Sequence record: MK327936.1
Direction: 5' to 3' (one strand)
Source of the DNA: Escherichia phage vB_EcoM_G2540
DNA length: 64,000 nt
Of this stretch, positions 19,391-28,991 are shown one piece after another; the stretch's first letter is position 1, and every line of letters starts with the position of its first letter. The position numbers and the translations under genes are program-made. The notes under the pieces are model-generated. The model saw nothing but the letters and a program-made list of their open reading frames with translations, ran no database searches and was not told the origin of the DNA.

Positions 19391-20293
19391 TTAAAATTTA
19401 AGTAAATCAACGATTTTAATTAATTTTTCACGCTCAGATTTAGCTTTACTACTCAATCCAGATAGTCTGAAAATTTCATCATCATATTGCTGAATAGAAA
19501 TATTTAGCTCTTCAATCTGTTTATTAAAATAATCAATTTGTTCAGAATGTTTTTCGTTACTACGAACTGGTACAGGTTTTGTAGGCAATTTAGTTGAACT
19601 GGATTCATCCGGGCGATAAATTAAAATACAACTTGAACCAATAGGGCATTTTGCACCAGATGAATATTCTAATGTTCCGGCTTCTTTTAAAACTTCAAAA
19701 GCTAAACAGAGATGATGCCCCATATTGACATAATCTGTAGAGTGAGCTCTGATGTAATAATCATCTCCACGAGTACTAAATTTAAAGCATTTAAGGTCTT
19801 CTGTATTATTGGTCTTAAAAATCATTTGTTTATCTAGACCTTTAGCTAATCGAGCGCCTAATGCTAATAATCGTCGTTGATTTTCCCACAAATCCGCAAT
19901 CATTTGGTCAAATGATAATTTCGGCATTAGTCGACCATAAAGGTCATATCCTTTATTATAATTGCGAAGGATTTCACTCGCATTAATACGAGACAACGCT
20001 CCAATTTTATTAAGGGCTTTCATGATGCGATTAGATAAACCCATTCCAGATCCGTTTGTTCGTTGCAAATGTTTATCTAATCCAAACCCAATATCAACTT
20101 TAAATTTATCTAAAATTTCAGCATGAACATCTCTGTCAATAACATTCAAATCCAAAGTTGGGTTAAATCTATGAAAAAATTTATCTGGCTCTCCACGACG
20201 AAGTACAGTCCATTCATTTAATTTTTTATTAACTAAAGATTTAATTACTGCATTGACATTATTAATTACTACTGACATATTTTTCTCACTCAA
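19391..20293 (-). CDS. Uncharacterised protein with C-terminal coiled coil (tandem set member 4)
   Basis: 300 aa; C-terminal IEELNISIQQYDDEIFRLSGLSSKAKSEREKLIKIVDLLKF. Confidence 0.5.
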   Translation of the reverse strand: MSEKNMSVVINNVNAVIKSLVNKKLNEWTVLRRGEPDKFFHRFNPTLDLNVIDRDVHAEILDKFKVDIGFGLDKHLQRTNGSGMGLSNRIMKALNKIGALSRINASEILRNYNKGYDLYGRLMPKLSFDQMIADLWENQRRLLALGARLAKGLDKQMIFKTNNTEDLKCFKFSTRGDDYYIRAHSTDYVNMGHHLCLAFEVLKEAGTLEYSSGAKCPIGSSCILIYRPDESSSTKLPTKPVPVRSNEKHSEQIDYFNKQIEELNISIQQYDDEIFRLSGLSSKAKSEREKLIKIVDLLKF

Positions 20294-20694
20294 TTTTCAA
20301 TTTTACTAAATACACAGAATATGATGGAAAAGACTATATAAGCACCGCATACAGATTGAACTAATACCATTCCAAAGAACCAAACAATATTATCAAACAA
20401 TGTCTGTTTTACGTCGAAAGGACGTAAACTTACAGTAATATTATCACCTTTTTCTATTGAAGAATACATCTCTGGGGAAATATATTCACTAAATCTATAA
20501 CCGTCTTTGAGTTCATATACAGCAATAAACGATAAACTAGACCCCTTTCCTTGAGTTCCTGTAAAGGTATTAACTACAGTAACATCATAATCTTTATAAT
20601 GCATATAATCATTAATTGCGTAATAACCATATGCAACTACTACACATAAACAACATATCAATAAATTCAATCTTTTAATTATCAACTGTTTCAT
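20290..20694 (-). CDS. Membrane protein
   Basis: 134 aa; hydrophobic segments at both ends (LLICCLCVVVAYGYYAI, VWFFGMVLVQSVCGAYIVFSIIFCVF). Confidence 0.45.
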   Translation of the reverse strand: MKQLIIKRLNLLICCLCVVVAYGYYAINDYMHYKDYDVTVVNTFTGTQGKGSSLSFIAVYELKDGYRFSEYISPEMYSSIEKGDNITVSLRPFDVKQTLFDNIVWFFGMVLVQSVCGAYIVFSIIFCVFSKIEN

Positions 20695-20723
20695 AATAAT
20701 CTCAATTAAAAGGGCTTAGAACC

Positions 20724-20748
20724 ATTATACCATCCTTGGTATAAAGCG
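20724..20748 (-). promoter_or_regulatory. Possible middle (MotA-type) promoter
   Basis: Minus strand CGCTTTA box 12 nt upstream of TATAAT. Confidence 0.35.
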
Positions 20749-20749
20749 G

Positions 20750-21277
20750 TTATGCGAGTACCGTCTTTAACCGTTCTTCAAACTTCCGAAGAGTATTCTG
20801 GCGTTCAGCTCTTTGCTTTTTGTAAGTTTCAATACGCTCTGAAATGAGAGTGTATCGTTCATTTACTGATTCTTTCATAAAATCAGGAATTTCACGAGAA
20901 GCTTTAATCTCGTCAAATTTATCAATAACTGCTTGCTCTTCAGCAATTAAGTTATCATACATCAAAATATCTTTCTTGATGAACTCAATATCTTCTTGAG
21001 TTACACGAGATAATTTAGATGCTTTATCCTTTTTGTACTGTTCGTTAGTATCACGAGACCAGTGTAATGTACGATTTTTATTCGTATTCTTGTAAATTTC
21101 TACAATACCAATCTCATCGATAATAACGATCCAATTCCAACGAGATTTGTAAATTTGTCCTCCGTCAACCGTGATTTCACCTCCGATTGAGATGTCATTA
21201 AAGAACTTGCTTTGTGCTTCAGATTTAAATTTACCATCGTTGTAATTTACCAGGTTGAAAATATCTTTAGCGTTCAT
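20750..21277 (-). CDS. Hypothetical protein
   Basis: 175-aa ORF; GGAGG Shine-Dalgarno; early promoter upstream. Confidence 0.45.
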   Translation of the reverse strand: MNAKDIFNLVNYNDGKFKSEAQSKFFNDISIGGEITVDGGQIYKSRWNWIVIIDEIGIVEIYKNTNKNRTLHWSRDTNEQYKKDKASKLSRVTQEDIEFIKKDILMYDNLIAEEQAVIDKFDEIKASREIPDFMKESVNERYTLISERIETYKKQRAERQNTLRKFEERLKTVLA

Positions 21278-21305
21278 TTTGTGTTCCTCCGTAGTTGATA
21301 GTTGT

Positions 21306-21335
21306 ATAGTACCACAGAGGAACAGTCTTGTAAAC
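21306..21335 (-). promoter_or_regulatory. T4-type early promoter
   Basis: GTTTACA-17-TACTAT followed by conserved ACAACTATCAACTAC leader. Confidence 0.6.
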
Positions 21336-21337
21336 CA

Positions 21338-21652
21338 CTAAAAGAAACTTCTTTCACAATTTTTTCCACTGAACCATGCGCTTACCGCTTTCTTAGTCTC
21401 AGGAGCAGTGTTATCCATAAACCATTCAAAGGCAGCCTTTTTATGATTCTGGAGGGCTTCTCGGGCTTTAATCTGCTCACGGTCTATTAACACTAACATA
21501 TGAGCCTTTCTTGTCACCATGGGCTTCTTATGATTTTTTGAATACTCCCAGTCATTTGTCCATCGCATTGTCGTTGCGAACTTAAATACTGCTTCTTTAA
21601 TTTTAGTTTCGTAAATTTCACGAGCCTTTGAGTATAACATCATTACCTCCAT
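21338..21652 (-). CDS. Hypothetical protein
   Basis: 104-aa ORF. Confidence 0.4.
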   Translation of the reverse strand: MEVMMLYSKAREIYETKIKEAVFKFATTMRWTNDWEYSKNHKKPMVTRKAHMLVLIDREQIKAREALQNHKKAAFEWFMDNTAPETKKAVSAWFSGKNCERSFF

Positions 21653-21742
21653 TCACCAGTTTAATTCTAGTCATCTTTTTAATGGCAGTCCATATAATCT
21701 ATTTCTGAACTGCCTTTTTGTCATAGAAGTCCTCTTATGAAT

Positions 21743-22729
21743 TTATTTCAGAAGAGTAACCTCAGCGATTTCTTCCCAACCGTTTTTGTCGGTCATAATA
21801 AAGTCAGCAAGATAAAGAGCAGTACGCAGTGAAACATTGCGTAAACGATTAACATTAACTTTCATCCATGATAATGCTTTATAAGTTTCTTCATCAGAAA
21901 GACCGCGCTTTTGCATCATGTCGGTTGAAAGAATAACATCTTCAACCCTGACCATAATTTCTTCATTAGTGTGAACACCCAAATCTAAATAAACTGAGCG
22001 GGACACTAATGCTTGTAAATGTGGAGCAAGTTTAGTACCGCGGTCTAATTCGCGGTCAATGTCAACGTTTGTGATAAAAACAATCGTTCCTTTAAATTCA
22101 AACTCACGGTCAATGCCTTTTTCTTCTAAGTAAGAAGATGCAGTGCTCCAGCAGACTTTACGGGTCTCTCCAGTGTCCAGAGCAGCTTTTAGAAGATTAA
22201 GAATGTCCATATCAGAGAAAACATCCACATCATCAATCAAAAGGACAGAGTTCTCTTCACGATTATACCAAAGCTGCTCATAAAGACCAATACCAGAGAT
22301 TTTACCATTAATGCTTTTATATTCAATGTATCCAATATCGTTTGCTTTATTTAAAGCTTTATCTAAAGAATACGTTTTACCAATACCTGCTGCGCCAGAG
22401 ATAATTAATGAACGAATATTTCCATTAATAATACCATTCGTCATCATTCCCATAACATTAAATCTTTTATTAATGCGGGTTTTCATATCTTCATATGATT
22501 CTTTAACTTCTTCAACTTTTACACCATCATATGAAATATCTGATTTGTAAACCCAAACACCACGACGTTTACCGTCAATTTCAACAAAAACTTTACCATC
22601 TCCTTGTGCATCTACCGGAGCATTATCTGGGAACCATTCGCCTAAGAGCTCAAAAGTTCCAGAGATTTCTTTACCGAAGTAGATACCCTTATTGATAGTT
22701 ACAGTTTTCATTTTATTCTCCAATCTCAC
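21743..22729 (-). CDS. P-loop NTPase (AAA-like) protein
   Basis: 328 aa; Walker A GAAGIGKT, Walker B LLIDDVD. Confidence 0.6.
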   Translation of the reverse strand: MRLENKMKTVTINKGIYFGKEISGTFELLGEWFPDNAPVDAQGDGKVFVEIDGKRRGVWVYKSDISYDGVKVEEVKESYEDMKTRINKRFNVMGMMTNGIINGNIRSLIISGAAGIGKTYSLDKALNKANDIGYIEYKSINGKISGIGLYEQLWYNREENSVLLIDDVDVFSDMDILNLLKAALDTGETRKVCWSTASSYLEEKGIDREFEFKGTIVFITNVDIDRELDRGTKLAPHLQALVSRSVYLDLGVHTNEEIMVRVEDVILSTDMMQKRGLSDEETYKALSWMKVNVNRLRNVSLRTALYLADFIMTDKNGWEEIAEVTLLK

Positions 22730-22747
22730 ATTTGTTTTGATAGGGTA

Positions 22748-22777
22748 ATAGTATCACACTACTACCCTTTTGTAAAC
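22748..22777 (-). promoter_or_regulatory. T4-type early promoter
   Basis: GTTTACA-17-TACTAT on minus strand upstream of gene at 22729. Confidence 0.55.
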
Positions 22778-22780
22778 AAT

Positions 22781-23044
22781 TTATTTTAACGTTCGCCAAA
22801 TTTTTACTGCTTCACGGCGAGATACTTCTACAGCTCCAAGTTCTACAGCTTTTTGGCGTCGGCGAGCGTGTAAGTCATAATGTTTAATGCGTTTATCTTG
22901 AAACCAAGAACGTTTCATTCCTATTGCTTCTGCCATTTCATGAAGCTCTTCAATATCTCCATCAGTGAACATATGACAATTTTTAGTTGGATGACCGCGA
23001 AGTTTCCATCCATGATTCATTAAAACATCTACGTAAACTGTCAT
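22781..23044 (-). CDS. Hypothetical small basic protein
   Basis: 87-aa ORF. Confidence 0.4.
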   Translation of the reverse strand: MTVYVDVLMNHGWKLRGHPTKNCHMFTDGDIEELHEMAEAIGMKRSWFQDKRIKHYDLHARRRQKAVELGAVEVSRREAVKIWRTLK

Positions 23045-23193
23045 TGATTCTTCTCCAAATAAGTTTCGATAATTTTCTGAGCGAGATAAACTGCATTATC
23101 TTCAGTTGCATCTTCTAAGAAACTTTCAAAACACTCTGAAATTTCTTCTGTATCAATCAACTTTTTTACTTCAATTGGTGTAATTTTCATTTT
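23041..23193 (-). CDS. Hypothetical small protein (start trimmed to internal Met after the promoter)
   Basis: ORF-track form 23041..23361 would span promoter 23228..23257; MKITPIEVKK start follows it. Confidence 0.35.
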   Translation of the reverse strand, partial: KMKITPIEVKKLIDTEEISECFESFLEDATEDNAVYLAQKIIETYLEKNQ

Positions 23194-23227
23194 GTTTTTC
23201 CGTTTAAGTGTTTGTTTTGATAGTTGT

Positions 23228-23257
23228 ATAGTACCATAAAGCTTTATGCTTGTAAAC
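23228..23257 (-). promoter_or_regulatory. T4-type early promoter
   Basis: TTTTTCACAAAATTGTTTACA-17-TACTAT-ACAACTATCAA. Confidence 0.6.
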
Positions 23258-23281
23258 AATTTTGTGAAAAATTTTTGAAAT

Positions 23282-23306
23282 AAAAAAAGGGAGCCCGAAG
23301 GCTCCC
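23282..23306 (-). terminator. Rho-independent terminator
   Basis: Minus strand GGGAGCC-TTCG-GGCTCCC followed by TTTTTTT. Confidence 0.7.
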
Positions 23307-23308
23307 TA

Positions 23309-24295
23309 TCATTTATAATAACTTCGGTGGTTTTCAAGATAAACCCTCTCAAGGAAGTCATCCCAAAAACCCATGTCTACTTTTTGCTGCATACCGTTCT
23401 TAGAAGCTTCAGTAGATGCTGCTTCTACTTGATCGACCACATCTTCCAAAAACTCTTGAACCGTTTTAAATGGATGTTTACCCAACTTCACGTCGAGAAT
23501 AAATGGAGCATCTTGGAGTGGATAAACCAAGTCACCAGTTTTGTAAATTTCCAATAGTTGGAGTCCACCACGGCAAGCATGACTCAGAGCTTTCCAGTCA
23601 ATACCTTCATTGGCTTCGGCCTTACGAGCACGTTCACCGTATTCAGCATCTAATTTGTTCAGTGACTGCTTAAGCTCAATAAGAGAAAGCGTTGTCTGAT
23701 ATTTACGACCCAACACTGTGTAGAACGTCTGTGGGCCTGTTTTCTCATGATTATGGAACACCCATTCACAGAATTCGTTTTCTGGAAGACGATGCTTAAT
23801 ATCTTCAACTTTAGTACGACGCTGCTTAATAGAACCATCTTCTTGGTAATCAACCCATTGCTCAGGGATTTGATTAACTACTTTCAATACATCACGTAAT
23901 GCAGCCAAACGAGAACCCTTAACGCCGTATTTAGAAGCTTGCTTACGGACATATCCTAAATAGGATTTCATGTTAGTCGTATAAAAACGAGAACGGTTGT
24001 CTTGAATAAACTTCCACACATCAGGCAAATCAGATTTAACCACTAGTTCAGGTGGAGTGTGAAGCATATCTAACGCTACAGTTTCACCATCTGCTGCTAA
24101 TTTAAAGAAATATTTAAGACTGTATAGTTCATGGTCAATATCATCTTTAGTGTTTTTAGATGATGTGTTGTTAGTGTTTTTACTCATGTGCTCTTTAACA
24201 TTTCCGATAAGAATATCACGAGCAGGAGGAACAAAGATTTCTTTAAAATCTACATCAGATTCTGGGGGTAGAAGTTCCATAAAGATGACTACCAA
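23309..24295 (-). CDS. Hypothetical protein
   Basis: 328-aa ORF; terminator hairpin just downstream. Confidence 0.5.
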   Translation of the reverse strand: MVVIFMELLPPESDVDFKEIFVPPARDILIGNVKEHMSKNTNNTSSKNTKDDIDHELYSLKYFFKLAADGETVALDMLHTPPELVVKSDLPDVWKFIQDNRSRFYTTNMKSYLGYVRKQASKYGVKGSRLAALRDVLKVVNQIPEQWVDYQEDGSIKQRRTKVEDIKHRLPENEFCEWVFHNHEKTGPQTFYTVLGRKYQTTLSLIELKQSLNKLDAEYGERARKAEANEGIDWKALSHACRGGLQLLEIYKTGDLVYPLQDAPFILDVKLGKHPFKTVQEFLEDVVDQVEAASTEASKNGMQQKVDMGFWDDFLERVYLENHRSYYK

Positions 24296-24319
24296 AATAG
24301 CTTTTCATTACTGTTTTCA

Positions 24320-24781
24320 TCATTCAGCCTTATATTCAATAACAGGACATACTTTAGCTTTACGAGCTTTTAAAAATTCAACGATAATCGATTTCTTGGG
24401 TTGAATAGGAGGTAAACCTTTATACGCCCTATCAATATTTTCTACGTGTAAAGCATAATCCTTTTTCCATTTATAATCTTTATATTTTTCACGCAGTTGT
24501 GCAGGAATAACAAATGAACCGATAATAAGTAAAACAAGCAAAATGGCAAGTATAAATGCTGATGGAATAAGAGTCCATAAACTACCAAAAATAAGCCATT
24601 TCTGTATGATTTCTGCGCAGATGATAGTTAGACCTACGAGTATAGTACATCCGAAAAAAGAAACGAAAAATGTAGGAATAACAATAGACCAAAAATACGC
24701 GCACAGTGTCTTAGGTCGTTTCCATTCATCATTAAACATTTTGAATAATTTATAATGCCAAGAGTTTTCATTAATAATCAT
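24320..24781 (-). CDS. Polytopic membrane protein
   Basis: 153 aa; three hydrophobic segments. Confidence 0.45.
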   Translation of the reverse strand: MIINENSWHYKLFKMFNDEWKRPKTLCAYFWSIVIPTFFVSFFGCTILVGLTIICAEIIQKWLIFGSLWTLIPSAFILAILLVLLIIGSFVIPAQLREKYKDYKWKKDYALHVENIDRAYKGLPPIQPKKSIIVEFLKARKAKVCPVIEYKAE

Positions 24782-24783
24782 AA

Positions 24784-25305
24784 TTATCCTTTCATTGAAG
24801 GTGTAACAGTTGTTAAATACTTAATCATAGCTTCAGCTTCTGATTTTGATAATGAAATTTCTCCATTGTTTTGACGAATAGAAATAAAATCCGGATGACG
24901 GTCACCACCAGCTTTTAAAACACACATATAAGTATCAGTTTCATCTTCAATATTTGAAATGATTGAAGCAGTTCCACATGAATGTGGTTTTTGATAAATC
25001 AATACAGCTTTTCTTCCACCGTTTGACTGTTCATAAACTTTTAACACATCAAACAAATCACTTCTTTTATCAATAGCTAAGATGTTGTTTTCATCTTCAA
25101 TGTTAAATCCTTCGGATACTTCATAAAGCGTTACCCATAAATCACCTATATCGATAGTAGCATTTTCCTTTCCATGACTTTCAAGAGCATGACAAATTTT
25201 CTTGATTTCATCATAACTCATTTTAATAATATCATCTCCTTGAATAAGGAAGATGTCATTTTTAAATTCAACACGAATTAAACCGCTTCCACTTGAAATA
25301 AACAT
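24784..25305 (-). CDS. Hypothetical protein (paralog pair member)
   Basis: 173 aa; C-terminal SKSEAEAMIKYLTTVTPSM resembles the neighbour's C-terminus. Confidence 0.45.
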   Translation of the reverse strand: MFISSGSGLIRVEFKNDIFLIQGDDIIKMSYDEIKKICHALESHGKENATIDIGDLWVTLYEVSEGFNIEDENNILAIDKRSDLFDVLKVYEQSNGGRKAVLIYQKPHSCGTASIISNIEDETDTYMCVLKAGGDRHPDFISIRQNNGEISLSKSEAEAMIKYLTTVTPSMKG

Positions 25306-25311
25306 ATTTCC

Positions 25312-25878
25312 TCACTTTGAAATCATAGTTGGAATGGCAGAATCAAGATAAGTCTTTAGCGCAATAGCTTCGTCTTTTGTAAATGTAACAATATGTGCTC
25401 GAAAATCGTCAATTTGGCGAATAGTTAAGACATCTCCTTCTTCATAACATTTTGATACATTTAAAACAGTTTCATCATTCTGATCGCACTGATCGCAAGC
25501 GTTAGTAATAATAGCATTGCAATTTTTGAGCCATTTTAAACTATGTTTTCTTTCATTAGAATAATAAAAATATTTAATCTTAGCTATAAAACTATCCCAA
25601 TGGATAACTGATAAACACATTGACTCACTTTTAATATTAAATCCTGGGCATGAAGAATAAAAATGAATTTTGTGCTCATCATTGATGCTTACTATTTTAT
25701 CAGTATAAGGATATTCAATTTGGATTAAATGAACGATTTCACTAGGCGTAAAATATAGCATATCGTCTTCTTGCGTCAAACGATACATGTTATTTACTTT
25801 TTCTATAGCCAATTCACCAAAAAGCGGACTAACTTCTAATACTAATCGTTTCATATTGATTCTCTTCGACTCACTCAC
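25312..25878 (-). CDS. Hypothetical protein (paralog pair member), GTG start
   Basis: 188 aa; GTG at 25878 preceded by AGGAG; C-terminal TKDEAIALKTYLDSAIPTM. Confidence 0.45.
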   Translation of the reverse strand: MSESKRINMKRLVLEVSPLFGELAIEKVNNMYRLTQEDDMLYFTPSEIVHLIQIEYPYTDKIVSINDEHKIHFYSSCPGFNIKSESMCLSVIHWDSFIAKIKYFYYSNERKHSLKWLKNCNAIITNACDQCDQNDETVLNVSKCYEEGDVLTIRQIDDFRAHIVTFTKDEAIALKTYLDSAIPTMISK

Positions 25879-26023
25879 AATTACATACTCCTTTGAATAA
25901 TATCAATAATGTTGTTCACCAGATTATAAGTAAACATTGGGTAATTATATTGAATCATCACATACACAACAAACAAAACTTTCATTCTCTTCTCCTTGAC
26001 CGTTGACAAGATTACTATACCAT

Positions 26024-26053
26024 AACCTTGTCAACTTGTAAACCATTAAATGA
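26024..26053 (-). promoter_or_regulatory. T4-type early promoter
   Basis: GTTTACA-17-TATAGT on minus strand. Confidence 0.55.
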
Positions 26054-26208
26054 CGTTTTCAATAAAATTCTGAAGCTTTGTGTGAGCATCAACCATAATT
26101 TTCATTTCTTCCTTTGCGAAAGCTGTACCTCTTTCCCGAGCAGAATACTCATAGTCAGAAACTGCATTAGCATATTCTTCAATTAGCTTCATTAAAAACA
26201 TTTGCTTT

Positions 26209-26439
26209 TCAGTTTTCATTATTCCACCTAATCATTTCAAGATATTGAACTAACTTAGCTTTGGATTTATCCAAATCCTTTTTAGCTGCTTCTATACCGT
26301 CGTATGAATATCCTTCACAGTGCTCAACTGCCAATTGATATGAATCTATTTCAATATCACGTGCTAATTTAATGATTTTTTCAAACTGTTCACGTGTTAG
26401 CATACTAAACTCTCGTATTATGATCAATAATTTCATCAA
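26209..26439 (-). CDS. Hypothetical small protein
   Basis: ORF track. Confidence 0.35.
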   Translation of the reverse strand: MMKLLIIIREFSMLTREQFEKIIKLARDIEIDSYQLAVEHCEGYSYDGIEAAKKDLDKSKAKLVQYLEMIRWNNEN

Positions 26440-26644
26440 GAAACATATCTAACGCTTCTAAAGCATTATCAACTTTAGCTTCAAATTTTTCAATACCTTT
26501 ATTTGCAATGCCTGCCGAAAACCAAGCAAAGTCACTAAGTTCCTCATCTGCTTTGCGAATTAAAGCTACCAATTCTTTAATTTTATCTGCTTGTTCAATT
26601 CTAGTCATTATTCCACCACATATGAAAGAGAGAATATTGCACAC
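26405..26644 (-). CDS. Hypothetical small protein
   Basis: ORF track. Confidence 0.35.
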   Translation of the reverse strand: MCNILSFICGGIMTRIEQADKIKELVALIRKADEELSDFAWFSAGIANKGIEKFEAKVDNALEALDMFLDEIIDHNTRV

Positions 26645-26841
26645 GCCATATGAGTTGCAGCTTCATCACACATATCATAACGTTTCTTAAGAAGTTCTAC
26701 AAGTTCTTCACTAGTAACTTCATCCATGTCGACGAAAAAATCACCATTAATGATGACGTAGATATTTCCTTCTTGATTGAGTGCTTCAATTTTCATGATG
26801 TTCTCCTCTTTATCCGATAGTTGTATAGTACCACAGCTCAA
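26608..26841 (-). CDS. Hypothetical small protein
   Basis: 77-aa ORF with GAGGAG Shine-Dalgarno directly after an early promoter. Confidence 0.4.
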   Translation of the reverse strand: MSCGTIQLSDKEENIMKIEALNQEGNIYVIINGDFFVDMDEVTSEELVELLKKRYDMCDEAATHMACAIFSLSYVVE

Positions 26842-26854
26842 ACGGAAAGTAAAC
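26825..26854 (-). promoter_or_regulatory. T4-type early promoter
   Basis: GTTTACT-17-TACTAT-ACAACTATC then GAGGAG and ATG 26841. Confidence 0.55.
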
Positions 26855-26864
26855 CGGCAAAATG

Positions 26865-26886
26865 AAAAAAGTCTCCCGAAGGAGAC
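26865..26886 (-). terminator. Rho-independent terminator
   Basis: Minus strand GTCTCC-TTCG-GGAGAC followed by TTTTTT. Confidence 0.7.
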
Positions 26887-26891
26887 TAATG

Positions 26892-27278
26892 TTATTCGAG
26901 GGAAAGAAGATACTTACTCTGGTAAAACATTCCAGTAATATCATCTATCGTGCTTTGAATGGCTGGAGGCATTTCTTTATAAATGCTGTTAGATTGATCT
27001 AGTATGCGATCAATCATTTTAATTGTGTCGGTAGGAAGTTTACTGGCATCTGGAATTGAAGGCGTGTATTTTCTACCAGAATACCCCAAATATTGCTCAC
27101 CAAATTTATCAATCAAATCTGGCAACTCGGAGAAAATAAAATCGTATGCTTTGTGTCTAGCATAACTTTTAGTTTCAAAATGTGCAGAATGAAAATAAGC
27201 TTGTGCAGCCATTAATAAACCTAAGTATTCATCTGCCTTTGAAGGTTTTCCACTTTGTGAAAAGTCGCTGAATTTCAT
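26892..27278 (-). CDS. Hypothetical protein (rI.-1 position)
   Basis: 128-aa ORF immediately downstream of rI. Confidence 0.45.
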   Translation of the reverse strand: MKFSDFSQSGKPSKADEYLGLLMAAQAYFHSAHFETKSYARHKAYDFIFSELPDLIDKFGEQYLGYSGRKYTPSIPDASKLPTDTIKMIDRILDQSNSIYKEMPPAIQSTIDDITGMFYQSKYLLSLE

Positions 27279-27568
27279 TCAGTCTCCAATTTAATGTTCA
27301 TAATTCTAGCGTATGATTGTGCCATCTCCGCGCCTCGCTCTATACATTCAAAATCGGAAGAGCACGGGTCATTTTTATAAGTCGTTCGCATAAAACTATA
27401 GAACTGTTCAGATGATTCTACGCTTTTGTTTTCAAAAAGCATATAAACGTGTCTAATACCAGATTCCATAAATTTATCAAAATGAGAATCGACATTCGCT
27501 TCAATTGGTGGAGATAAAGCAAATGCTAATCCTAGCATGGCAAATAGTGCCGTTGCTTTTAAGGCCAT
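27275..27568 (-). CDS. rI: Lysis-inhibition regulator rI (periplasmic antiholin-like)
   Basis: 97 aa; N-terminal signal-anchor MALKATALFAMLGLAFALS; close match to recalled T4 rI. Confidence 0.85.
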   Translation of the reverse strand: MALKATALFAMLGLAFALSPPIEANVDSHFDKFMESGIRHVYMLFENKSVESSEQFYSFMRTTYKNDPCSSDFECIERGAEMAQSYARIMNIKLETE

Positions 27569-27580
27569 AAAGGCCTCCTA

Positions 27581-27793
27581 TCATTTTTGTCCTGTATTTA
27601 CTTTATGCCGATGCACGGCCTTAACTTTATCAAGGTATTTTTCAAAATTTCGCAATCTAGTATAGTCTGCCGGAGATTGGTTGAGTGATACTTCTCGACG
27701 CAAAGCTGAAATGATATTTCCAACTTCCCTACGAATTTCATCTAATTGAAGAACAGTAAGATTGCGAAGTTGCTTTTCAGTTAATTGTAGCAT
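27581..27793 (-). CDS. Hypothetical small protein (rI.1 position)
   Basis: 70-aa ORF. Confidence 0.4.
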
Positions 27794-27835
27794 ATATACC
27801 CCTTTAGTTAGATAAACCTATTTATAACTTTTGCA

Positions 27836-28417
27836 CTAACCGAGCTTTTTAGTTAATTCATTCCAATGTTTTCTACACAAAGAAACATAAATTTCATCAC
27901 CAATACAGATTTGATTACCTTCTTTAACTGGTGTTCCATCTTCCATTAATCGAGCTGTTATAATAGCTTTTTTACCACAATGACAAACTGCCTTTAGTTC
28001 AATAAGTTTATCTGCAATCGCCAAAAGTTCTTTAGAACCTTCAAATAATTTTCCAGCGAAATCAGTCCTTAGCCCATAAGCCATAACAGGAACATTATAT
28101 GTATCAACAATTCGACTTAATTGATGCACCTGTTCAGTTTTTAAAAACTGAGCTTCATCTACAAATACACAATGAATATCTTTTTGTGCTTCAGCCCATT
28201 TATAGAACTCAAAAATATCCATATCATCCGTAATAATATTCGCTTCCTGCTTAATTCCAATGCGAGAAACGACTTCACAGACAGAATCGCGAGTATCAAT
28301 AGCAGGCTTAAGAACTAATACACCCATTCCGCGTTCTTTATAATTATGTGCAGCAGTCAAAAGAGAAGCAGATTTTCCAGCATTCATTGCTGCGTAAGTA
28401 AAAATTAAACTCGCCAT
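27836..28417 (-). CDS. tk: Thymidine kinase
   Basis: 193 aa; P-loop NAGKSASLL; zinc ribbon CHCGKKA...C near C-terminus. Confidence 0.9.
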   Translation of the reverse strand: MASLIFTYAAMNAGKSASLLTAAHNYKERGMGVLVLKPAIDTRDSVCEVVSRIGIKQEANIITDDMDIFEFYKWAEAQKDIHCVFVDEAQFLKTEQVHQLSRIVDTYNVPVMAYGLRTDFAGKLFEGSKELLAIADKLIELKAVCHCGKKAIITARLMEDGTPVKEGNQICIGDEIYVSLCRKHWNELTKKLG

Positions 28418-28426
28418 ATCACCTTC

Positions 28427-28612
28427 TTAAAGCATATTCACATAAGCTATTAATTCGTTTTCTTTCTTATCAAACCGATCAGCAAATTCTTCTTGCTGTT
28501 CGGGAGATAGCGGGCCGTATTCATCATAAAAGGTGTTTGCTTCTGTATGCTCATCTAGAAGTTCATGGATAAGCTCAAACAATTTATCTTTTTGTTCTTT
28601 ACTCAGACTCAT
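28427..28612 (-). CDS. Hypothetical small acidic protein
   Basis: 61-aa ORF. Confidence 0.35.
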   Translation of the reverse strand: MSLSKEQKDKLFELIHELLDEHTEANTFYDEYGPLSPEQQEEFADRFDKKENELIAYVNML

Positions 28613-28778
28613 ATATTAATTTCCAGGAGTTTTAAAATAATTCGCTTTTGCTTAAATATTTCCATAGTTAAATGACCAGTATCTTTTTGACCGATTCCAA
28701 TGGCAAAACCTTTATTGACAGCGAGTTCAATTAAATTATCAAGCTCACGTAACACTTCATACTGTAACTCAAAACTAT

Positions 28779-28991
28779 TCATTTCGGTTTACCTTCTTTA
28801 ACGAAATCTGGATAAGGATAAAATCCCGAATAAAATCCTTCACCTTTATGATTGATGCATCCTTTATTAGAACAATAGCACCAATAATCGAAATCACAAG
28901 CCATTTCATCGTTGCATAAAGCAAAAACAACTGGCCATTTACACTTTTCACAATGGGCATTTTTAAGAATACTAGTTTGGCTCATAACCAT
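28779..28991 (-). CDS. Cys-rich small protein
   Basis: 70 aa; CEKCKW...C...CYC...C cysteine pattern. Confidence 0.35.
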   Translation of the reverse strand: MVMSQTSILKNAHCEKCKWPVVFALCNDEMACDFDYWCYCSNKGCINHKGEGFYSGFYPYPDFVKEGKPK

